From assembly GCF_964355755.1 (NCBI RefSeq), contig NC_092674.1, positions 3,286,001 to 3,350,000 of the forward strand: a stretch of DNA of 64,000 bases, written 5' to 3'. Both the position numbers and the translations under genes were made by a program. This document shows positions 52,939 to 64,000 of this stretch, one piece after another. Under the pieces are notes generated by a model that was given only the letters and a program-made list of their open reading frames with translations, searched no databases and was not told the origin of the DNA. Each line of letters begins with the position of its first letter. Position 1 is the stretch's first letter. This stretch comes from Antedon mediterranea. Its lineage: Eukaryota > Animalia > Echinodermata.

Positions 52939-55126
52939 AGGCTTGTTACAAGCAAACATTGCTCCTTAATTATAACCCTCTCTTTTATATTATTATCAAA
53001 TCCTATTGTCAAAAAACAAAGCACTCGTTGTAAGTATTGTCAGTAATTGTAAAACACCTGTGATACACTCTATACAAAGCATCTGCCTTGTTCAAACTAT
53101 ACATTCTATTGTTAATTAATTAAAATTACATTTCTATTGTCATGACCACCCTCATTATACGAAAACACCTGTATCATCCAATTAATACCCATTTGTTTTC
53201 CTAACTTGAATCAAGTAGATTTCTTATTGTTTCCCTGTATAGTTAACAATCACACCCTCTATTGTTACCATTTCACACCTTCTATTGTTCTCTTAGCGTC
53301 TCTTCTTTGTTAACAATCACCCCTATTGTTTTCTTAAGACCTTAATTAGCAACCCTTTGTTTTCCTTTCATACAATAGATTTCCTTTGTTAGCCCCAAAG
53401 GTTTCCAATACTTACAAAACGCAGTACCGGAATATAAAGCGTGGTTCCCACTAGCGACGCAACACAAGGACGTAACGCAACGCAATTGAATTGACCAATC
53501 ACAAGCGATGGCTTATTCGCTTGTGATTGCTAACTGTCTATAACTTGGCTGGTCATTGGTTAAAACGCTTGCGTTGCGTTTACGTCCTTGCGTTGCGTTC
53601 AAGCTTTATCAGTATTGCTATAATATTTAACAATTTTCATGAAAAACCAACACACAAATATCTATAATTATTCTCCGAGTCGTCGTGAACAAATTTTTTT
53701 GTTTTTTTTTGTTTTCTGAAATGTAATACTAAAATAAAGGCTACAATATTCAGTACATTTCCGATGTCACTTTTTTACACAGATTTTTATTAGTTCTAGT
53801 TAATCTTATTTATTGGCTAATTAGTGAATATTGTTATACATTGTTAATTAGCTACACGAGTTATTGAACCCAATATATAAACAATATCTACACTCCGTAA
53901 CATGTGAAGTATACGTCTAAATGTAAAACCCGCCGTTGCCTTTAATTGGTAAAACAAAAAACGTTAAACCTGTTAAACAATGATTATAAGGCGCAAACCA
54001 AATTATGATTAGTGTAAATATCAGTTTAATCAGAGAGTTGTTAACATGTAGCCCCGTCAGACTTATTTATCGTACCCGAGTAAGTTTGTGACCCGCCCAC
54101 CAAAGTTAGCGAATCCAACTCACCACAGTTTGAGAGAGTAAAACTATCAGGCAAACGGTTTGTGCGCTGTGGTATTACCACAATAAACACTCTGTATGAA
54201 GAGAAGAATTTTGAATTGAATTGAAGTTAGGAAGAAATAAATGCAATTATGTTGGACGAATCCCACACACCAATATATATTTATACGTTCTGATCTTAGG
54301 TTATGTTTAACACATAACACATCATTTCTCATTTGTAATGAACTTAATAAGATTATATAATCAATAAGCTTAATTCTAATATAATAATTATGCCTAACGG
54401 TTAAATATATACTTATACAAATATATATTAAACAAAAGTTTTAATGAATAATAATAATCCAGTTCGCCTTTTTTTCATTAATTTTTTTTTATATATTTGT
54501 AATTTTTATATTTATTTTGTATGTTCGCCGTTTGGAAAATGAATTCCATTCCTGACTGGAAGAAGTGTGGAAAGAAAAACAATTACCATAAGATGGCAAC
54601 CTTTTTGGCGGATCTGGAATTTCATCTTCTTCACGACTTGACTCGTGAAAAAAAAAAACAATTACCATCATTTACTGAGCACAGTAAATAAACTCCAAAT
54701 AATTCCAATAATTTGTATTATTTAATTATTTTTATTTAACTATTTATCACATTTCTACTTGGTACACAAAACATTTCCCTTAAATATTAATTTTGACAAT
54801 ACAGACGACTTATAATGTCTCATTTACAGAACATTTTGCCGTGCTCACGTGCTTTTTCAAACGTTATTATCTTTAATCCGGGCGGTGTCATCAACTACTG
54901 AATGTTAAATCAGTATAAAATAGGGTATATGATATTAAATTAAATCTATTAAATAATGGTTTTACTATTTTTACAATTGTTTACAACAAATTACACATTT
55001 TCAAATTTGTGTTAGAACGCACCTTTAAGACAAGAAATGACCTGGTTTAATGCTTTTAGTTTAATATATATATGCATTATTTTTACAAAACGTCAAAAAT
55101 TGCAAGTCTAGTGTCTTTAAATATAT

Positions 55127-58100
55127 TTAAAGATCAGGTGACCAGGAACTACACGATGGGAACGCTTTTGGCGGATCTGGAATTTCGTCTTCATCACCGA
55201 CTTGAACAACCATTGCCATTCCCAACTAAAGAAATGAAAAAAAAACAATATAACTTGTTTAAATCCTTTGTTAAAGCTCTGTCTACACAATAAACCTTCA
55301 TGGACAAAAACAAAAATGTGATTTGCCCATATATGGACATGACGATGTCATACAACAACTTTTGTGTATATCAGTATTTGGGCACATCACACTTTTTTTT
55401 GTCAAACTAGTTTGATAGTGTAGACAGAGCTTAACGCAACCATTTTTTGATGATGTCATAACTTACCGTTGCATGATATTCCACGTGACAATGAAAGAAC
55501 CAATAACCGGGGTTTTCAGCCTTCCATCTTATGATGACGTAACCAAAGTCTGGAACATTGACCGTATCCTTGACAACAGCAGACACCAATGGAATTCGTG
55601 GTAAACCCTCTGAAAAATATGATTTTGCATATATATATTGTATATTTGTATTTATTATTTTGTTGAATCAGTATTTGGGTATAAAATATAAATCCGGTTG
55701 GTTCAAAATGTTACCCGTTTTATCTTGATCAATTAAATCAGTTGGAGAAACATGTTCAGTGGATCTGTCCTGTGCTAAAACTCGAAATGACTGTCCATGG
55801 AGATGCATAGGATGACTATAAACGGAGATTTCGTTTATCACAATAAACTCTATAACCTATAAACAACAAACCACAAATAAAATAAAAAAAATCGTTCAAT
55901 CAATAACATATTGCTAGCATTTGTGCCGAAAATTAATTAATCTGCGTCTGGTGTGAACCGGCCTTATTTAAGATTGTTTTCCATTAGGCGAATATTCGCG
56001 TGAATCTAAGTTGCACAAATTTCCTGAAGTAGAGTTAAATATCAATGCACATTGGTGAAACACGAAAACAAATCTCCTAGTGGAAAAGCAGCTTTATAAT
56101 TCGAAAATATTACCTGGCCTAGTTTCGCTTTAGCCACGATAGGACATTTGCAGGCTATATCGAAATCTGTACTGACATTTAAAGGCTTACAGTACTGTGC
56201 ATCGATATGCATAGCGATATTCCATGGAGTCATTTCACACGCGCTGACGTCATCATCTTGTTGTAATGACACAAACGGTGTATGAGGAAATTCAAATTTT
56301 ACTTTGTTCATGCGATAAACTGAAGAGTATGTTTGGTTGACTTCTGGATTCGTCGATGTATAGAATTTGAGTTGGTAGTCTATTACCACATAGTATCTTA
56401 AATCAACCTTATGTAAAGCAGGATCCACGGATTCTGAAATATAAACACACACACACGGCTATATCATCAAAAGTCACAAGTGCACATAAAAGCAGTAAAA
56501 TTTGGAGTTCACAATACATCTGGGTATTTCTTATTTAACCACCGCTACGCACCATTATTAAAAAAACCCATAATTACTCGTATATTCTTACGTAAAGCGT
56601 GCGTGTCTTTGAGTGTGACGTCACCATTACTAGTAGCAGCGTCAAACCCTTCTGTTGTAAATACAATGTGCGATGGCGGTTCCACTGAACAATTCAACTT
56701 TACTGCAGGTGTGTTTTTGTATTGTAATACAGCACTACCGCTCGCCGAACACAAGTCGTAATTTGATGATATTATGTATATACAATAGGACGAGGGTATT
56801 GCTGACGCCTCAAGAACAAAGTCAAGTCTGAAATATGATATAATAAATAAGTTTAAGATTTTCCATTAAATTGGTCTAAATACACGATAGTTTGATTCAC
56901 ACTACGCATAGCATCGATGCGACGACGAGAGTACGCGCGTACTTTGAACACGCGACGGTTTGGGTGATCCCTCGCTTACTGGCCGCCTTCGTGTTTGCGT
57001 CATTTGCGTTTGGGAATCAAGCAGAAGCGGATCCAGGCGTTTTATTCTGACCAAGTGTAAACGAAGCCTTTACTTACCTTTCCCCAGGTGTGAAACTCAA
57101 AGCATCCACAACTCGAATCGGTTTCACCTCAAAGCCATCAGTGGCAATGATCGTTATCGGATGTGATTCAATTACCAGTCTCATATTACATTCACCCAAC
57201 GCAGTATTCACTATTCGCATCCGATATCGGAAACCTTGTTCTACTTCAAACACAGAAACCGGAACGTCTATATCTATGTCATAATTGTGACTTCTGCCAT
57301 TGATCAATAAGCTAAGGCTGTGTTCAGAAGGGACACCATTGGCAATCGACACCATGGAGATTGTTATAGACGGAATTGATAACCAATCGTTAAATAACAT
57401 GTAATGTTGTGGAAGGTCAAAGTCATATTCTTTACTGTTGAACTCTTTTTGTCTCGGTTCCCTGACAATCAATGCTCCGTACAACCCGTCACCTCTCTGA
57501 ACACCAACGTGAGAGTGCCACCAATGGGTACCTGGTGGGTCTGCAACAAACTCGTACACGAAAGAGGTTGAACTTGGTATGGGGCATTGAGTAATCATCG
57601 GAACGCCATCTGCCCACACGGTGTTAAATTGATGTATACCATGCCAATGAATTGTCAACGAACCTCCATCTTGAAGTTCGTTGTTTACTTTCACACGAAT
57701 GGTATCACCATGACAGATCTGGAAATACAACAAACCGAACTAGAGACACTGTGCTTAATATAGAACATAAACACAGTTAGATTAGTGTGGTAACAAAACT
57801 ACCTTATTTAAAGGGGAATTTGGGAGCCGTCAAAACAATAGGCCTATATATTATCTTATGGCTCACGTGACTACAATGTTGGTATCATTCACACAAAAAA
57901 GAGTCCTATGTTTTAAAATAAACTTTTCAATGACTTTTAGGAACGTCGTCAAACTAATACTTCAATTGCCATTAAGCTTAAGCTCTGTCAGCACACAAAA
58001 ATCCGATGTGCCAATATATGGATATCCTATCACTACCATGGGCACATCACACTTTGATAGTGTAGACAGAGCTTTAGTCTACACAAGCAAACTCGCAGTT

Positions 58101-58918
58101 ACAAACTAAAGTGATCAACTTTCCTATAGTAATTACTCTGTTTCTAGCGGGCTTTTTGAAGTATGCACCAGTCATGGAAAAAGAAAACCAAAATGATCCC
58201 CTTTCTGAACTGTGAAGGGCGGTTACAGAATGAACTGCAACGAAACAGAACCCAACTGACTGGGTAAATATAAATACTGTGTTAACTTTAAAATACGTTT
58301 CTGAAATTATTATTTATTTAAATTAAGATTTAGACGCTAAGCGATGTGGTAGCTTCTGCGACAAAGATGAAATTTGTACCTGAATACTTGGACCAGGTGA
58401 CATTTCATTAACCGTTAAAATTGGTCTACGTGAACCGTCTACCGAATAACAGCGATATGCACTACAGTCTTGTCGGACATCTGGACAGTCCGTACAAGCA
58501 GCTGCTAACGTATACCACCACGTTACCGTGAACTCAAATTCGCACAATCTCGGTTTAGCGGGAAACTCACACTCACGAAAACAATCGCTTGAATTATTGA
58601 CCATCAGGATATCTTGTTTAGGAGTACATTGTAAAGAAGAGCAAAGTATAGCTAAAAAGGAAAACAGTACAATAATCAATCGAGTAGTAACACTAAAAAT
58701 AATGCTAACCAATTACAAATGTACGACCTATACGTTTATAGGTCCATGCTTTTTTAATTTATCAAATAAAAACTTGTTTTCTAATAATTTAATTTATTGC
58801 GACAAAATGAACGTATCTTCGTCACCTTACCCGTGTTTCAAATTATGAAATAACTTTTCTTACCAGAATTAATGATTATCAAGATTACTAAAGTAGGTAG
58901 GTGTTGATTAAAATCCAT
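55127..58918 (-). CDS. Laccase copy 3, apparently intact, 8 exons
   Basis: ATG at 58918, TAA at 55127-55129, splice sites retained, TCA (not TGA) in exon 4, all copper motifs present. Confidence 0.88.
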
Positions 58919-61294
58919 CTTCTCCACTTTCAGGCAGCTACGATTAAATTCAATTTTTTTAATTTAAAAAATGTATAATAGTAGGATATACACTTGACAT
59001 TGGCGAACCTGTTAACTATACTGGTGGTATTACCGGACATTTTGATAGTTTAAGTAGACTTCTTGCATAAATTAATTCCAATCTACATATCATTATATGT
59101 TATACGGGTATCTTAACAAGCGATCATTTCATTTCATTTCAAAGTAAGTGTTTGTATAAAGACAAAACGTTCAAATAGCTTAAGGATAGTTAAGGGTCTT
59201 TCATACCTGCTCCGGTCCGGCTAAGGTTCAGATTCGCGTCACATGCGGCGCGTACAGTTAAGGGGCCTTTCACACCTGCTACGATCAGGCTAAGGATCGC
59301 GTCACATGCGGCGCGTACAGTTAAGGGCTTTTCACACCTGACCAAGACCTAATAGACTAATATTGTTATTGATTCGGTGCGTTTCAGTGAAAAAGGTACA
59401 TGAAACTGTGAAACAACAGAAAAAAAGTACGGCATTATTGAAATAATTAATGTTTTCTACCACCAGCAATTTTATCCTAATTTTAATGAATATTTATTAG
59501 CAGTCACACTACTCAATAGCAACTAGCAGAACAGAATCTCGTTGATATTGATTTTTAATATACATCTGTATCTTTGTTCTTGTTTTGTTCGTGTAAATAT
59601 ATCGAAATAATAGACGCTTATTGATGATTATTATGTTAGTTATTTTCCGTCCTCAAGTTTGGAATAGGACATAATCCTGCATTTCATAGTCGTCTGGTAA
59701 ATTGTCATGTTTTGTAAAATCTTCCAAAAGTATGTTATATCATTTCTCTTGTTGTTCAATTGAATGTCTTGATTTGTGGTGGTAAGAATGTTTAATGGTT
59801 TGTTTTTAAGATGAACAACACTATGTTTTCTGGTGTTGTAGGTCTAATTAGAAAGAAGTAAATATGATTGCAACCCTCTTTGTTTGTACTTAGACTTCTA
59901 CACTCCTTCTTGAAAATAAATTACATAAAAGTAAAGCGAACAATTAAAAATCCCCCAAAAAATAACAAAACATTCAAAATGTTAGAATTTAATGTACTTT
60001 ACAATATTTCATATCATAAAAACCTACCGAGAGTCTAATGAAATTAGAAGCCACTCTTAGTCAGACATTATATCGGCCTAAAAAGTGGGCCGATTCGACC
60101 CGTCACACCTGGGCCGAATCATCCCGCATTCAGCTAGCTATAATTGGCTATAGCAGCTTAAAAATAGTAGGCCTAATTAGTAAGAACATAACCTAGTCTT
60201 ACCACTGCATTTGAAGGAAAAATGGTAAAAGAGTGCTCAATATTGTGTTTGGCAGGAGCGGTGTACATGAGGTAGAAACATGATCAAGAATACAGTTGTA
60301 TACTTATGTTTTTAACATGTGCTGCTGTCTCGACATATCGCTAATGACCCGAGTGAAGTAATTGTGACGTAGGAAAATGGCCGTGAATTTCCGAAAACGG
60401 CGTTCGGCAGTTACAATGAAAGTGGCCTAAAAAACACATTTTTTGTACAAATTTTCTAATTCTAATATAGACTAATGGATAGAGGGGAATTAAAAGGTGC
60501 TACAACTTTTGGCTTAGTGCAATACGGCACCCAACAATTCCCTCTTCCAACAACTCTCTCTGGTACCCAACAACTTTCTCTCTCTGGTACCCAACAACTC
60601 TCTCTCCCTGACACCCAACAACTCTCTCTGACACCCAACAACTCTCTCCCGCACCCAAAAAACTCTCTCTGGCGTCAAACCTCCACCACTGCTTGATTTA
60701 ACGTAACAACACTTATCATTTATTAATATTATGCAGTACTGAGATTTTGATTACATAAATACAAATCGCAGTACCGGAATATGATCCGGACTGCTATAAT
60801 ATTTAACGATTTTCATGAAGATACCAACACACAAATATCTATAATTATTCTCCGAGAAACGTACGACGTCATGAAAAATTTTTTTTTTGTTTTTTTTTTC
60901 GTTTTCTGAAATGTAATACTAAAATAAAGGCTACAATATTCAGTACATTTCCGAAGTCACTTTTTTACACAGATTTTTATTAGTTCTAGTTAATCTTATT
61001 CATTGGCTAATTATTGAATATTGTTATACATTGTTAATTAGCTACACGAGTTATTGAACCCAATATATAAACAATATCTACACTCTGGAACATGTGAAGT
61101 ATACGTCTAAATCCAATTTAAAACCCGCCGTTGCCTTTAATTGGTAAAACAAAAAAACGTTAAACCTGTTAAACAATGATTATAAGGCGCAAACCAAATT
61201 ATGATTAGTGTAAATGTTAGTTTAATCAGAGAGTTGTTAACATGTAACCCCGTCAGACTTATTTATCGTACCCGAGTAAGTTTGTGACCCGCCC

Positions 61295-61629
61295 GCGATA
61301 TTTCTTTTCGTACATAAGTTGAGGACCCCTCGTGAAACGTCACAAAATAAACATGAATATTCATTAGTTATATCCATAAGGTGTGACGTAAGAATCGAGC
61401 TAACTACAATTCGCTAATGTAAACGATTTCTGTCGAGCCGTCTGTGTAGTCGAGTGAATAAGACTATGGACTTTACATGTCGATGTATGGGGTTCGACTC
61501 CCATGAGCTACTCTTTTACTTTATAGTGAGAGAGAGATTATTTGGAGGGTTAGGTTTAGTTATATTTAGGAAGTAGTTTGGCTATCTTTCACATGGGGTC
61601 CCCAACTTATGTACGAAAAAAAAGATCGC
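61295..61629. mobile_element. 335-bp Mutator-like MITE carrying a tRNA-like segment
   Basis: TIR GCGAT..TTTTCGTACATAAGTTG.GGACCCC; 9-bp TSD GACCCGCCC (61286-61294, 61630-61638); empty sites at ~23530, ~38690, ~54090. Confidence 0.8.
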
Positions 61630-61730
61630 GACCCGCCCACCAAAGTTAGCAAATCCAACTCACCACCCGGGTAAGTAAGAAACTAATAAAGCCATAGTGT
61701 ATGGATCGCCGTGTAATCTACGATCTACCC

Positions 61731-64000
61731 AGTAATTACTATAGGAAAGTTGATCACTTTAGTTTGTAACTGCGAGTTTGCTTGTGTAGACTAAAGCTCT
61801 GTCTACACTATCAAAGTGTGATGTGCCCATGGTAGTGATAGGATATCCATATATTGGCACATCGCATTTTGTGTGCTGACAGAGCTTAAGCTTAATGGCA
61901 ATTGAAGTATTAGTTTGACAACGTTCCTAAAAGTAATTGAAAAGTTTATTTTAAAACATAGGACTCTTTTTTGTGTGAATGATACCAACATTGTAGTCAC
62001 GTGAGCCATAAGATAGTATATAGGCCTATTGTTTTGAAGGCTCCCAAATTCCCCTTTAAATAAGGTAGTTTTGTTACCACACTAATCTAACTGTGTTTAT
62101 GTTCTATATTAAGCACAGTGTCTCTAGTTTGGTTTTGTTGTATTTCCAGATCTGTCATGGTGATACCATTCGTGTGAAAGTAAACAACGAACTTCAAGAT
62201 GGAGGTTCGTTGACAATTCATTGGCATGGTATACATCAATTTAACACCGTGTGGGCAGATGGCGTTCCGATGATTACTCAATGCCCCATACCAAGTTCAA
62301 CCTCTTTCGTGTACGAGTTTGTTGCAGACCCACCAGGTACCCATTGGTGGCACTCTCACGTTGGTGTTCAGAGAGGTGACGGGTTGTACGGAGCATTGAT
62401 TGTCAGGGAACAGAGACAAAAAGAGTTCAACAGTAAAGAATATGACTTTGACCTTCCACAACATTACATGTTATTTAACGATTGGTTATCAATTCCGTCT
62501 ATAACAATCTTCATGGTGTCGACTGCCAATGGTGTCCCTTCTGAACACAGCCTTAGCTTATTGATCAATGGCAGAAGTCACAATTATGACATAGATATAG
62601 ACGTTCCGGTTTCTGTGTTTGAAGTAGAACAAGGTTTCCGATATCGGATGCGAATAGTGAATACTGCGTTGGGTGAATGTAATATGAGACTGGTAATTGA
62701 ATCACATCCGATAACGATCATTGCCACTGATGGCTTTGAGGTGAAACCGATTCGAGTTGTGGATGCTTTGAGTTTCACACCTGGGGAAAGGTAAGTAAAG
62801 GCTTCGTTTACACTGGGTCAGAATAAAACGCCTGGACCCGCTTCTGCTTGATTCCCAAACGCAAATGACGCAAACACGAAGGCGGCCAGTAAGCGAGGGA
62901 TCACCCATACCGTCGCGTGTTCAAAGTACGCGCGTACTCTCGTCGTCGCATCAATGCTATGCGTAGTGTGAATCAAACTATCGTGTATTTAGACCAATTT
63001 AATGGAAAATCTTAAACTTATTTATTATATCATATTTCAGACTTGACTTTGTTCTTGAGGCGTCAGCAATACCCTCGTCCTATTGTATATACATAATATC
63101 ATCAAATTACGACTTGTGTTCGGCGAGCGGTAGTGCTGTATTACAATACAAAAACACACCTGCAGTAAAGTTGAATTGTTCAGTGGAACCGCCATCGCAC
63201 ATTGTATTTACAACAGAAGGGTTTGACGCTGCTACTAGTAATGGTGACGTCACACTCAAAGACACGCACGCTTTACGTAAGAATATACGAGTAATTATGG
63301 TTTTTTTTAATAATGGTGCGTAGCGGTGGTTAAATAAGAAATACCCAGATGTATTGTGAACTCCAAATTTTACTGCTTTTATGTGCACTTGTGACTTTTG
63401 ATGATATAGCCGTGTGTGTGTGTTTATATTTCAGAATTCGTGGATCCTGCTTTACATAAGGTTGATTTAAGATACTATGTGGTAATAGACTACCAACTCA
63501 AATTCTATACATCGACGAATCCAGAAGTCAACCAAACATACTCTTCAGTTTATCGCATGAACAAAGTACAATTTGAATTTCCTCATACACCGTTTGTGTC
63601 ATTACAACAAGATGATGATCAGCGCGTGTGAAATGACTCCATGGAATATCGCTATGCATATCGATGCACAGTACTGTAAGCCTTTAAATGTCAGTACAGA
63701 TTTCGATATAGCCTGCAAATGTCCTATCGTGGCTAAAGCGAAACTAGGCCAGGTAATATTTTCTAATTATAAAGCTGCTTTTCCACTAGGAGATTTGTTT
63801 TCGTGTTTCACCAATGTGCATTGATATTTAACTCTACTTCAGGAAATTTGTGCAACTTAGATTCACGCGAATATTCGCCTAATGGAAAAGAATCTTAAAT
63901 AAGGCCGGTTCACACCAGACGCAGATTAATTAATTTTCGGCACAAATGCTAGCAATATGTTATTGATTGAACGATTTTTTTTTATTTTGTTTGTGGTTTG
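61731..64000 (+). pseudogene. Laccase copy 4, lacks exons 1-2, frameshift in exon 5, runs off the window
   Basis: Starts inside intron 2; exon 3 begins 62150; GATGATGACGTCAGC>GATGATGATCAGC 2-bp deletion near 63619. Confidence 0.85.

Larger units (their letters stand above)
46294..61713 (-). repeat. Right arm of giant inverted duplication (mirror of 44980 back to ~30510, and to 23454 via copy 1)
   Basis: Mirrored ORFs with constant coordinate sums (44651+46623, 41652+49621; 36364+56452, 35742+57074). Confidence 0.95.

Noticed and set aside
39385-53410. Intact Polinton with very long TIRs
   Set aside because: Symmetry extends into host laccase DNA; no AGTAGT ends or TSD at these borders; ORFs are frameshifted and no capsid or integrase was found.
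61437-61511. Functional tRNA gene
   Set aside because: Acceptor and anticodon stems do not pair convincingly, and it lies inside a MITE.

Overview
AT-rich animal genomic DNA with spliceosomal introns, probably invertebrate (inference). 1-17.3 kb is nested mobile DNA: a TIR MITE containing a Helentron-type HINE containing a canonical Helitron, self-nested HINEs, a solo hammerhead ribozyme, and a 5.66-kb TAG...CTA foldback element (3-bp TSD, Academ-like). The ~1.5-kb arms of that element each end in a hammerhead ribozyme and enclose a deleted Penelope-like retroelement. 17.3-21.5 kb holds the last six exons of cullin-4, with a 17-bp satellite in the last intron. 23.5-64 kb is a recently amplified locus with four copies of an 8-exon secreted laccase: intact (+), nonsense-mutated (+), intact (-) and 5'-truncated/frameshifted (+). 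They form tandem and giant inverted duplications whose main fold-back point lies inside a decayed, head-to-tail Polinton/Maverick-type protein-primed DNA polymerase (pPolB) unit with an apparent intron. A 235-bp palindromic mini-Polinton (AGTAGT ends, 6-bp TSD) has both filled and empty sites in the window. All alignments were done by eye; family assignments are not database-verified.
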